IMG/VR virus record: IMGVR_UViG_3300032300_000249
Coordinates: 1 to 26,439 of that record
Length of the DNA: 26,439 nucleotides
Reading direction: 5' to 3' (one strand)
From: a virus
Lineage: Duplodnaviria; Caudoviricetes
Below the pieces are notes generated by a model that was not told the origin of the DNA, did no database searches, and saw nothing but the letters and a program-made list of their open reading frames with translations. Shown here piece after piece: positions 19,701-26,439 of the stretch; position 1 is the stretch's first letter; every line of letters begins with the position of its first letter. The translations under genes and the position numbers were made by a program.

Positions 19701-21324
19701 ATGGGTTGATGTGGCTTTTGGCAAGCAAAAGTTTGTGGCAGTCAGTAGCGATGTAACCACAGTGAGAATCAGTAATGACGGTGAAACCTGGGATCAAACA
19801 GGCACATTGACCACAACTGGATTCACTGCTATTGCCTACGGCAAAAACAGATTTGTTACTATCAAGAGTGGTACTAACGTAACTAATTATGCCACTTCGA
19901 CTACAGTCACAGGCACTTGGACAGCAGGTACATTGCCTTCTAGCTCAAACTGGAACAGTATTGCCTACGGCAACAACAGATTCGTTGCTATTTCAAATAC
20001 TAGCGGTACTATAGCCGCATACAGTTTGGACGGTATTACTTGGACAGCCAGTACATTGCCCGCTACAGCAGTTTGGACCTCTGTTACCTACGGTCAGGGA
20101 GTGTTCCTTGCTGTGAGTACAACTACAGCAGCAGCTACATCACCAGATGGAGTAACATGGACAACTAGAACTACTTCTACAGCGGCCAGTGGCTTTTCAG
20201 CAATTACTTTTGGTAACAGAAATAGATACGGTTTGTTTGTGGGAGTTGGCGGTGGTACAGGCGATGTAGCTACTTATATTAGAACCGGCGCTACAGCTAG
20301 AGGTCGTGCTAAAGTAGCTGCTGAGAAACTATTCCAGGTCAATATTACAGAACCTGGATCTGGTTATGCTTCAGCACCCACAATCACATTTACTGATCCT
20401 AACAACACGTTTGAATCTCCTGTCACAGTGAGAACAGGTAGCGGAGTGTTGGCTAATCCGAGTTTTGTAAACAGGGGTTCGGGATACGTTACTGGCAGTG
20501 GAGAAGTAGATATAGGTGATGGTTATTCTAATCTGTTCCAGCCAGGTTCGTTCGTGGCCATGAGAAAAATTAGTGTTCAACCAGTACCAGGAGCCAACGT
20601 GGTGTTCAGTCATTTACCTGACAGAACTTTCAAATTGGTCAACGTGGTCACATTCTTGGGCACCAACGATGGCGCTTACACAGCATTCTTCCAAATTAGT
20701 CCACAGTTGACTATATCAGAAGCACCAACAGATGGAGTCACAGTTGAAACCAGAATTAGATACAGTCAGGTACGATTAACTGGACACGATTTCTTGGACA
20801 TAGGTACAGGCAATTTTGCAGAAACTAATTATCCAGGACTCAGCACCCAACCTACTGTTGCTGCCAACGAGGCTGTGGATAACGGAGGAGGTCGTGTATT
20901 CTTTACCTCAACTGATCAAGATGGTAACTTCCGAGTGGGAGATCTATTTGCCATTGAGCAGTCAACTGGTATTGCTACACTGAATGCAGACGCATTTAAT
21001 ATTTCAGGACTGCAAGAACTTAATTTGGGTAACGTGACATTGGGAGGCGGGTCAGCAACAATCACTGAATTCTCTACAGACCCGTTCTTTACAGAAGACT
21101 CTGACAACATAGTACCTACACAGCGAGCCATTAAGGCCTATATTGCTGGACAAATTGGTGGCGGTGGTGCTAGCTTAAACGTAAACTCAATCACAGCAGG
21201 TAGTGTTTTTATTAGTTCTAACATTATAACTACTACCACTGGATCAGCAATTAAAATGAATGCAGTCTTTGAATTCAGAGGTGGAGTCACAGGAATACCT
21301 TTGGCGTTCAATTACTTTTTATAA
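13798..21324 (+). CDS. Giant multidomain virion protein (2508 aa), paralog of 8141..13753, with four C-x-R-D helical repeats and three inserted beta modules
   Basis: Shares 'MAEFK..RIR..WKN.W' start, 7 Trp repeats, beta-helix block 'SLDPGWGP.D..TWI.TRSPY.QG.TT.G...VGQKIDGALHNGGN.SIVSNDFTQV.SDGIG', propeller repeats and C-terminal domain with the upstream gene. Confidence 0.87.
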   Translation: MAEFKLGRIRFVWKNTWTPSTTYYIDDVIRYGARTYICAVGHTSASDFNTDLEFNPTKWNQMSDGQSWTGDWNVSTFYKLNDVVKYGGLLYICNDSHTSAATSALGLENDQAKWTLYAEGLDWKNDWTVSTRYKVNDLVQYGGYTYVCNLHHTSAATAASGLEADQAKWDSFNPGIEYKGDWVASVTRYKVNDVVKYGAGLWICVTQHTAAAAFLTDSTAGRWSQFVEGTEFENVWNPATLYQPGDIVQYGGNQYIAKTIHTDPFVPSTVGSANWDLYLEGFKFQSAWAGGTSYEIGEVVSIGGYTYLAVQDSPSTTVTVTAVTAATDTFTIASTNGIVVGMTVRFTGITFGNVFASARYYVKTVAAGNITISTTPGGTTFNITADASGSMSATVSAEPPNTTYWSRLNAGISWQGEWSDDRDYLLGDAVRFGANAYICLLAHRSEGDDGSTLGAAGGGQVNSRPDQDNTGTYWNLLSIGTETSVLSVRGDLVFFGGGGPQRLPIGREGQVLTSTGVDPEWTFLGETDHTYFVAPTGVDGPSPIHGRTWDKPFKTIRYACEQVEKGPRNPDARHLLELNRVFIQREVTEFIQNQIAGNVAPFTTVFVYDDFKCERDVGFTLDAVTYDLCHGGNIKSRGVANSLIGGLSEGETEAYPGLAIESDESVAAYNYMLTVIGNVLAQTAPTINYQTLNGDNSTATVAQYFNSDLTAETDALATVTASVTLITNAITARAAAVTAPEIAAAIASVPARRSPSNLINVATGQYRETLPIIVPEQTCIQGDELRSTNTGPAGSQTNRSDAGYSVGTLTRLQTVVDQIVQGANVTESSGNTAVQSVAFPFASTEEAADAAQLVRVMQHQIDFKISSTFMVSSADPTGYNSSFLSGFGDARTLLRENKEFIKEEITAFLNENHNTVKFSRTKCKRDVAFIVDAMVYDLTYGGTWATLVAGTAYFDGDNSTQLQIDSTEITATVAAYGRLKDIVQQIIANTTVTKSTGNTATQWTDSTNLAGGSAANATVGALVDIITNIIQGDSTEGNTPQINVTTIATLNTLTSTAHGLAVGDAVVPRTTANGLVNGTKYWVVTVGSVDTFQLAATYGGAVLASFTNGAGLDIDLEVINYPTATNAVTSTTALIAAAVTLDLAQETIVTASTAYITANFPALVYNSAKCERDVRLILEAVMFDFMFNSNFKTREAAYSYLRATAADVFSLNQKTATRAAFTYVKGLAIANVGGNATAQARIETLMTLLDDIVFGATNEGSRCASGNRMVDYAVLQLERNRDYIVAEIDAYIDSTYTTTVTAATAATDIFTCTSTAWMTRNAAIRFTGTVFGGVNTTTTYYVQNVVSSTTFKIATTRDSNTAFNIASNASGSMTVALFYSSTACLRDVNTYIDALKYDLKYPGNYKSRYAARYYANSVMGSLEEDMYYLRDATGLRDQTMEGLTGDLLAENEYGTSRVSAGAYASLDPGWGPDDYRTWIITRSPYVQGLTTLGYAAVGQKIDGALHNGGNDSIVSNDFTQVISDGIGAWITNNGRAELVSVFSYYAHIAYLAENGGRIRATNGNNSYGDFGSVAEGFDSTEAPGTAVVDNRLQFEAQIDRVITDGSALTQLEFTNAGIDYTEVTYTLTGGGSGAVVEADEFRDDAVFQVRMLDLVDDSTNAPEADGNLGGFGYITAASTAQGGTSTSITIAATDGESSTAYIGMKIVLTGGAGVGQFGIIDTYNSGTKLAGLVKESDGTAGFDHLVAGTAIVSPDASTTYVIEPRVTFTAPGYTSTAATLPTSGTWTAVKYGETAAVYTTLSGTAVTITGQGATFTVIRNGWKYIPSLQAAGTSYARLETITIGGASLGGTTPANNLTITITAVNSTTGAILEFDHTGYGIGGRYVALRSGSTVGATSEDGISWNTRASLMPSAANWDAMATGLFDDNSSVGKASKFVAVAGTSANTTGAYSEDGITWSATNMQTSATWVDVAFGKQKFVAVSSDVTTVRISNDGETWDQTGTLTTTGFTAIAYGKNRFVTIKSGTNVTNYATSTTVTGTWTAGTLPSSSNWNSIAYGNNRFVAISNTSGTIAAYSLDGITWTASTLPATAVWTSVTYGQGVFLAVSTTTAAATSPDGVTWTTRTTSTAASGFSAITFGNRNRYGLFVGVGGGTGDVATYIRTGATARGRAKVAAEKLFQVNITEPGSGYASAPTITFTDPNNTFESPVTVRTGSGVLANPSFVNRGSGYVTGSGEVDIGDGYSNLFQPGSFVAMRKISVQPVPGANVVFSHLPDRTFKLVNVVTFLGTNDGAYTAFFQISPQLTISEAPTDGVTVETRIRYSQVRLTGHDFLDIGTGNFAETNYPGLSTQPTVAANEAVDNGGGRVFFTSTDQDGNFRVGDLFAIEQSTGIATLNADAFNISGLQELNLGNVTLGGGSATITEFSTDPFFTEDSDNIVPTQRAIKAYIAGQIGGGGASLNVNSITAGSVFISSNIITTTTGSAIKMNAVFEFRGGVTGIPLAFNYFL
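19830..19991 (+). repeat. Intragenic 33-nt imperfect direct repeat (propeller blades)
   Basis: TATTGCCTACGGCAA[A/C]AACAGATT[T/C]GTT[A/G]CTAT at 19830-19862 and 19959-19991 (30/33), encoding IAYG[K/N]NRFV[T/A]I. Confidence 0.8.
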
Positions 21325-21326
21325 AC

Positions 21327-21332
21327 TAAATA
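21327..21332 (+). promoter_or_regulatory. Putative late promoter core (ACTAAATA)
   Basis: Intergenic TAAATA followed by ACGGAG (21335-21340). The very short distance to the SD makes promoter use less certain. Confidence 0.5.
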
Positions 21333-21349
21333 CAACGGAGAAATAAATT

Positions 21350-21670
21350 ATGGCAACAGGAAGATTAGGAATAGCGGATCTATCAGCAGTTACAAACACA
21401 ACAGTGTATACGGTGCCTGCTTCAACATTCACAGTAGCAACTCTCAGCATATGTAACAGAAGTTCCTCTGCAATCACAGTGAGAGTAGCAATAGCTTCTG
21501 CAGCTACTCCAGCTAATTCGGAATTCATTGAATTTGATGTTCAAATTCTAGCCAAAGGTGTTCTTGAACGTACTGGTATTGTCATGGATGCTGGAAAATT
21601 ACTAGTAGTTAGATCCAGTTCACTTGATGTATCTGCTGTGGTTTACGGCATAGAAACTTCAACTGCATAA
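21350..21670 (+). CDS. Small beta-rich virion protein, paralog family member 3
   Basis: 'MATG.L...L.....TTVYTVPA...SICNR...IEFDV.I...GVLERTGIVM...VYGIE'. Confidence 0.85.
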   Translation: MATGRLGIADLSAVTNTTVYTVPASTFTVATLSICNRSSSAITVRVAIASAATPANSEFIEFDVQILAKGVLERTGIVMDAGKLLVVRSSSLDVSAVVYGIETSTA

Positions 21671-21681
21671 AGGAAAACGCA

Positions 21682-21936
21682 ATGGCTCGAAAAATTCATA
21701 CAGGAATAGCCTCTTCGGGAGGCGGCGGCTCACTAGGATCACTGAGTGTAGTAGGTAACACTCTAACTTCAGTGACAACCAACGAAGATATTGTGTTAGA
21801 TCCAAACGGAACTGGTACTGTAAAACTTCCTAATGCTTACTTGGCTAGGGCTGGAATAACTGCAAATTCTGTTTTGCCGAAAAATTATATAGATAATAAT
21901 ATTTCTCCAGGTCCACTTTTTATTAGATTTGATTAA
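21682..21936 (+). CDS. Short fibre-like protein (84 aa)
   Basis: SD AAGGA; 'VVGNTLTS..TNEDIVLDPNGTGTV' repeat unit as in ORFs 5068/6363, plus 'PKNYID'. Confidence 0.75.
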   Translation: MARKIHTGIASSGGGGSLGSLSVVGNTLTSVTTNEDIVLDPNGTGTVKLPNAYLARAGITANSVLPKNYIDNNISPGPLFIRFD

Positions 21937-21945
21937 GGAAATATT

Positions 21946-22260
21946 ATGGCAAGTGGAATTATAAGTAAAAACGCACTAACTGCTACGCTGACAAGTTATT
22001 ACACATGTCCAGCTAATACAACTGCTTTTGTTTCAATCAATATATCAAATAGAACATCTGGCACCGTTACTACTAGTATAAATTTAAGTACAAACGGTTC
22101 TGAAAATCTAGGAGGATACATAGAATTTACGTCTTCGATTGCAGCAAATCAAGCACTAGAAAAAACAGGCGTGGTACTAAGTGCTGGGCAACAAATTTTA
22201 ATTTCGGCAAGTAGTACTTCTACTACTTACGTAATTTTTGGTTATGAGAGGGCAATATAA
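21946..22260 (+). CDS. Small beta-rich virion protein, paralog family member 4
   Basis: 'MASG...YTCPA...SINISNR...IEF..SI......LEKTGVVLSAGQ...IFGYE'; SD TAAGGA. Confidence 0.85.
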   Translation: MASGIISKNALTATLTSYYTCPANTTAFVSINISNRTSGTVTTSINLSTNGSENLGGYIEFTSSIAANQALEKTGVVLSAGQQILISASSTSTTYVIFGYERAI

Positions 22261-22586
22261 TGGCTACAGGTCTTTTAGCTTCAGCTAATTTAAACAGCAC
22301 CAGTGATACTACAGTGTATACTGCTCCAGCAACAGCGGATATTCTTGTAGTTGCAAAGATTTTTCTTACCAACAGAACTGCTTCTGCAGTATCTGTACGA
22401 TTAGCACTGGGCAGCTCTGGAGAAACTGCAATAGGCACTGGAAATTCTATAGAATATGATGTGACAATTCCTGCCTATGGAATCTTAGAAAGAGGAAATA
22501 TTATGCTTGGAGCAAGTCAACGTATCCTTGCAAGAACCGGTACCGCTGGCGTATCTGTTGCGGTGTGTGGTGTTGAACAACCATAA
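22260..22586 (+). CDS. Small beta-rich virion protein, paralog family member 5
   Basis: TAATG overlap; 'MATG.L...L....TTVYTAPA...TNR...IEYDV.I...GILERGNIML...VCGVE'. Confidence 0.85.
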   Translation: MATGLLASANLNSTSDTTVYTAPATADILVVAKIFLTNRTASAVSVRLALGSSGETAIGTGNSIEYDVTIPAYGILERGNIMLGASQRILARTGTAGVSVAVCGVEQP

Positions 22587-22602
22587 TATAGGAGTTTTTT
22601 AA

Positions 22603-23163
22603 ATGGCAAAAGTAAATTATTGGGTGTTATGTGAAAAAGAACAAGACGGAACAGCATTTCCGTTTGGTCCACATAGAGAAGAACCTCCAGACGAAACGTT
22701 ACCAATGGATGAAAGACACATTTGGGTACAATTAGATGATCAAGATGGTTACTATATTTGGCAAACTTGGGATTTTTTAAACAACGGTATGATGGATTCG
22801 CGTTATAGAGGTCTTAGTTTTAGAGGTTTCAAGTATAATCTTGCTGAAAAAACGTGGACTGTTGAAGAGCCTTTTAAAATATCTTGGCAAGCAGTGCGGA
22901 ATACTAGAATGGCAAAATTACAAGATACCGACTGGGTAGTAGTAAAATATATGGAACTAGGGGAGCCATTGCCTACAGAATGGGCAACCTGGAGACAAGA
23001 TCTTAGAGATTGGCCTGCAACACAAGAAGCCGCTGGATTTACTCCCGAGCAAGCATTAGAAAATTTAGACCATCATTATGATCCAGTCACTAAAGCCCGA
23101 AGGTTGGCAATGGGTTTACCTTTAGAGCCAGTGCCACACAGTCCAAATAAGGCAATTTTATAA
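22603..23163 (+). CDS. Phage tail (fibre) assembly chaperone-like protein
   Basis: 'WQAVRNTRMAKLQDTDW...EWATWRQDLRDWP' matches the R..R...L..sDW / W..YRq.LRD.P signature of Phage_tail_APC-type chaperones; SD AGGAG. Confidence 0.75.
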   Translation: MAKVNYWVLCEKEQDGTAFPFGPHREEPPDETLPMDERHIWVQLDDQDGYYIWQTWDFLNNGMMDSRYRGLSFRGFKYNLAEKTWTVEEPFKISWQAVRNTRMAKLQDTDWVVVKYMELGEPLPTEWATWRQDLRDWPATQEAAGFTPEQALENLDHHYDPVTKARRLAMGLPLEPVPHSPNKAIL

Positions 23164-24074
23164 TGTCACGTTTTATTGGTAATCGAGGCGTAATCGATAA
23201 TTTACAGGAAAGTGGCAATTTCGCCATGACTGGAAATTTAGTGGTTCCAGTATTACCAACGTCTGCTACTGCACTTATTCCATTGTCAAATACCTGCACT
23301 TGCCTAGACCCTGGTACAAAACGTACCCAATGTATGGTTTCTGTTTTTAACAGTGCATGTTGCCAAGGCCCCGGCGGCTCTGCGAATCCGGTCTTTTGTA
23401 CTTGGACAGTGCCAGCAGCAGTACAAAGAGCTACTTTTCAAATGTGGGGTGCAGGAGGTGGCGGTGGACGGGGGTGTGGTCCTGCTGGCCGCGGAGTTGG
23501 AGTTCCAGGCGGTAGTGGCGCATTTGTGCAATTTACTGCTGCGGTGGTTGCCGGAGAAACTTACTGTTTACGTGCTGGCGGTGGCGGCACTGGACAAACT
23601 TATGGTGGTCAAGGATGTGGCGGTGACTGTAGTTGTATTTGTCGTGTAGGTGGTGGCATCAATGTAATAGCATTTGGCGGAGGCGGAGGCCCTGCCTGTA
23701 GAGATTGCAATGGAACCATTGGTAGCTCAGGGTCATATGCAGGATGTTTTGCTATAAACGACACTACCTGTATGGTTGGTCCATGCATAAGAAGAAGCGG
23801 AGCAAGAGTAAGTGGAACAGGACCGTATTGTGCCTGCGGATACTGCTGTCGTAGCTCACAGCAGAGAGGTGCTGACGCTTTCATGGGAGGCTGGGGAGCC
23901 CAAGGCAATTGCAAGGGCAATCAAGTTTGCTCTGATTCCGGTGGAAGATTTGCTCTCACGCACGGCGGCGGCGGCGCTGGCGGTGCTGGCCACGGTAGCG
24001 GTCAAGGACTTTATTCGACACCGTGTTGTAGAGGCGGCCGTGGTGGCGCCGGAATGATTCTAATATGGATGTAA
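23163..24074 (+). CDS. Glycine-rich-domain, cysteine-rich putative fibre/tip protein 1
   Basis: TAATG overlap; 'WTVPAAV..ATFQMWGAGGGGG...GGSG...GGRGGAGMILIW'; about 25 Cys by hand count. Confidence 0.8.
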   Translation: MSRFIGNRGVIDNLQESGNFAMTGNLVVPVLPTSATALIPLSNTCTCLDPGTKRTQCMVSVFNSACCQGPGGSANPVFCTWTVPAAVQRATFQMWGAGGGGGRGCGPAGRGVGVPGGSGAFVQFTAAVVAGETYCLRAGGGGTGQTYGGQGCGGDCSCICRVGGGINVIAFGGGGGPACRDCNGTIGSSGSYAGCFAINDTTCMVGPCIRRSGARVSGTGPYCACGYCCRSSQQRGADAFMGGWGAQGNCKGNQVCSDSGGRFALTHGGGGAGGAGHGSGQGLYSTPCCRGGRGGAGMILIWM

Positions 24075-24078
24075 TTAT

Positions 24079-24969
24079 ATGAGCAGATTTGTTTCAGGTA
24101 GAACAATGCGCCCTGGCACTGATTTAATCGAAGGCATAGCTAACACCGGCGCAACAGCCACTGGCGAAATTATTTCAACCGGCACCCCAGCGGCAGCCAC
24201 TGATTTAATAACAAAAGGTTATGTTGATGCACTGGTGTTGACATTACCGTTGCCGGGAAACACCGTAACTTGTGCATGGCAGGCTGCCGGAGATAGCGGT
24301 GCCCAATGTAACGGCACATTTACAGTGCCCACAGGCGTTTCAAATATTTTTGTACAGGTTTGGGGCGCCGGTGGCGGAGGCGGAATGAATTGTAGCTGGA
24401 AAGTTGCATCGCCTGGCGGTGGCGGAGGCTATGCTCACAAGTCAATTGCAGTATCGGCAGGACAGATATTTTGCTACTGTGCAGGTCACGGAGGACAGGG
24501 AGGCTGTTATCCTAGCAGCAAGGTTGGACAAACGGGATGCCATTCAGTGTTTTGGGGACCAACATCAGGACCTAGTCATTGTGTAATAGGCTGCGGCGGA
24601 TGCGGCGGGTCTTGTAATGGAAACATATACGGCGGCCGAGTAGGCTGCGGCGGTTGCTCACAGGGCGGCGATTTGTGTGTACAAGGCGGAGATGCAATGC
24701 AAAATAGTTGTTGTGCATCTTGTGTGTCAAAATGCAATAATACAAATTGCTATACTCCCCAGATTTTTGCAGGGGGATCTTTTCTAGGAGCCCCTACAAG
24801 ATACTTGTATATATGTTACCAATTGTGTTGCCCTGGAGGCAAATTAGGCTGCCACGGCTGCGGTATGCCATTTGGCGGTGGCGGTTTTGGTGGAATTAGT
24901 GGTGGGTATAGTGGCGGCTGTGCCTGCGGATCCCCAGGCGGTGGTGGTGCAGTAGTAGTTTGGTTCTAA
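24079..24969 (+). CDS. Glycine-rich-domain, cysteine-rich putative fibre/tip protein 2
   Basis: 'MSRFVSG', 'ITKGYVD', 'FTVPTGVSNIFVQVWGAGGGGG...GGGGAVVVWF'; about 26 Cys. Confidence 0.8.
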   Translation: MSRFVSGRTMRPGTDLIEGIANTGATATGEIISTGTPAAATDLITKGYVDALVLTLPLPGNTVTCAWQAAGDSGAQCNGTFTVPTGVSNIFVQVWGAGGGGGMNCSWKVASPGGGGGYAHKSIAVSAGQIFCYCAGHGGQGGCYPSSKVGQTGCHSVFWGPTSGPSHCVIGCGGCGGSCNGNIYGGRVGCGGCSQGGDLCVQGGDAMQNSCCASCVSKCNNTNCYTPQIFAGGSFLGAPTRYLYICYQLCCPGGKLGCHGCGMPFGGGGFGGISGGYSGGCACGSPGGGGAVVVWF

Positions 24970-24978
24970 GGAGAAAAA

Positions 24979-25863
24979 ATGTCACGCTTTGTATCAGGAT
25001 TTACAGAAGACAATGCAATATTAAATAGAGCACCAGTTTTTATCACAGGTGGTGCAACTACCGGTGTTATCAGTACCTCTGCCACACCATCAGGTAATGC
25101 TGTTGCTACCAAAAGTCAGGCAGATACATTAGGCACCGGCGGTGGCGGAGCAACTACTAATGGTGTCAGTGTATTGACTGTAGTAGCAAGTCAAGTGCCC
25201 GCGAGTGGCTGGTATTCTCATAGTAGTGCAGCAAGCTGTAACTGGACTGTTCCAGCAGGAGTAAACAGAATATTTGCTCAAGTATGGGGAGGCGGTGGAG
25301 GCGGTGGAGGCCCAAGTTGCAAGCAGATATCTGAGACTGGAGGTGCTGGTGGATATACACACGGTACATTTGCAGTTCAACCAGGTGATATTATCTGCAC
25401 GCAAGCAGGACGCGGCGGGTGTAGAGGTTGTTGTTTGCGGTACGGCTTTGCCGGTCAAATAAGTTTTGTTTGCAATGCAACAAGATCAATACAATTAAGA
25501 TCATATCCGGGACAAGGCGGCAGATGTAATATGTCCAATTACGCCAGAGGCACAGGCGCACCAGGCAGCGGTGCCGGCGGTGGGTTAAATTTAGCCGGTG
25601 CCTGCGCATTTTCGGATTTGCAATGTTCTTGTCAAAAGTGGTCCGGCGGAAATATGAAGCCACACGCCTACGCGGTAGGCCCTCAATCGTTTGGTGGATT
25701 TTCAGTAGCTCAAGCCGGTTTTGCCAGTGGTGGCGGTTGTCAAACGTTATGTGGCATGAATAATCCCAGCCCTGGGGGTGGTGGAGCTGGGACTGGGATG
25801 GGATACCCTAATAGCAATAAAGGCGGCACCGGCGGTCCAGGCCTGGTTATGATTTGGTTCTAA
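24979..25863 (+). CDS. Glycine-rich-domain, cysteine-rich putative fibre/tip protein 3
   Basis: SD TAAGGAG; 'MSRFVSG', 'WTVPAGVNRIFAQVWGGGGGGG...GGPGLVMIWF'; about 13 Cys. Confidence 0.8.
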   Translation: MSRFVSGFTEDNAILNRAPVFITGGATTGVISTSATPSGNAVATKSQADTLGTGGGGATTNGVSVLTVVASQVPASGWYSHSSAASCNWTVPAGVNRIFAQVWGGGGGGGGPSCKQISETGGAGGYTHGTFAVQPGDIICTQAGRGGCRGCCLRYGFAGQISFVCNATRSIQLRSYPGQGGRCNMSNYARGTGAPGSGAGGGLNLAGACAFSDLQCSCQKWSGGNMKPHAYAVGPQSFGGFSVAQAGFASGGGCQTLCGMNNPSPGGGGAGTGMGYPNSNKGGTGGPGLVMIWF

Positions 25864-25874
25864 TTAAGAATTTC

Positions 25875-25911
25875 CTGCACACAAGTTAGTTGAGATATAT
25901 AGTGTGTGCAG
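25875..25911 (+). promoter_or_regulatory. Inverted repeat covering the GTG start of the last ORF, with TATATA in the loop
   Basis: CTGCACACA (25875-25883) / TGTGTGCAG (25903-25911) perfect 9-bp stem; TATATA at 25896-25901. Confidence 0.5.
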
Positions 25912-26439
25912 AAAATATCTATAATAGGAAGAGGAACAGCTGGGTGTATTTCGGCAGCGCATTTTCTCTATCATACTGATTGTTACGTAGACTTTTACTA
26001 TGATAATAATATCAAACCTCAAGCAGTAGGCGAAGGATCAACTCTTATACTGCCCACAAGACTGCATCAAACAATAAATTTTCAACACCAAGATTTATCT
26101 ATAATTGATGGCAGTTTCAAATATGGAATAAAAAAAACAGGTTGGGGGGGAGGTTGTGAATTTATTCATAACTTTGCCCCACCTGGAGTTGGTTATCATT
26201 TTAATGCCATAAAATTACAAGAACACATTCTAAAAACAATTTCTAGTAATCCAAGATTACGAATAATCGAAAATCACGTTGAGCACGACGAGATTGACAG
26301 CGAATATATTTTAGATTGTGCTGGTAAACCTAACAATTACAACGATTACACAATGTCGGAGGTTATTCCGGTAAATTCAGTTTATGTAACACAATGCTAT
26401 TGGGATTATGCCAAGTTCCAGTACACCTTAACACTTGCA
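25906..26439 (+). CDS. Flavin-dependent (tryptophan halogenase-like) oxidoreductase, 3'-truncated by the window edge
   Basis: Not in the ORF track. Hand translation from GTG 25906: MQKISIIGRGTAGCISAAHF (Rossmann GxGxxG) ...QAVGEGST...GSFKYGI...GW...GYHFNA...ILDCAG..., open for 178 codons to the end of the window. Confidence 0.8.
   Translation, partial: MQKISIIGRGTAGCISAAHFLYHTDCYVDFYYDNNIKPQAVGEGSTLILPTRLHQTINFQHQDLSIIDGSFKYGIKKTGWGGGCEFIHNFAPPGVGYHFNAIKLQEHILKTISSNPRLRIIENHVEHDEIDSEYILDCAGKPNNYNDYTMSEVIPVNSVYVTQCYWDYAKFQYTLTLA

Noticed and set aside
19830-19991. 33-nt direct repeat as a possible CRISPR array or DGR template/variable pair
   Set aside because: Only two copies, in frame, encoding propeller blades; no cas or reverse transcriptase gene in the window.
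2241-25663. Numerous minus-strand and alternate-frame ORFs of 60-136 aa in the ORF track
   Set aside because: All overlap longer coherent + strand genes or their leaders, lack recognisable motifs and are expected shadows of Gly/Thr/Ala-rich codons.
23163-25863. Gly/Cys-rich ORFs as RiPP precursors, collagen or eukaryotic keratin-associated contamination
   Set aside because: They are ~300 aa with the phage glycine-rich-domain framework, lack Gly-X-Y periodicity and are translationally packed in the phage operon.
26144-26150. G7 tract (next to an A-run) as a phase-variation or frameshift site
   Set aside because: The frame stays open through it (W-G-G-G) and downstream halogenase-like motifs are in the same frame.
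1-26439. Stop-codon reassignment, introns or inteins
   Set aside because: Genes tile the window under the standard code with multi-kb open frames; no intein splice motifs or split genes were seen.

Overview
A co-oriented (+ strand) late/structural gene block of a large T4-like tailed phage. It begins with a gp23-family major capsid protein and its cUUCGg terminator, followed by two AT-rich accessory ORFs (one SAM-methyltransferase-like). Next comes a run of putative virion genes: a five-member family of ~110-aa paralogs, a tandem pair of fibre-like paralogs, two giant paralogous multidomain proteins (1870 and 2508 aa), a tail-assembly-chaperone-like gene and three Gly/Cys-rich proteins. The window ends in a truncated flavin-dependent halogenase-like ORF missing from the ORF track. 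The most unusual observations are: (i) four helical repeats in the 2508-aa protein that resemble the bilin-attachment helix of phycobiliproteins (C-x-R-D, Cys retained); (ii) recurrent D-S-T/S motifs in loop insertions of the virion proteins, possibly modification sequons; (iii) two structured 5' leaders sharing a TGYGG..AACCCGC motif after T4-type late promoters; (iv) apparently leaderless accessory enzyme genes, one with its start codon inside a hairpin spanning the putative promoter. All assignments come from motif recognition by eye; no database search was run and the host cannot be determined.
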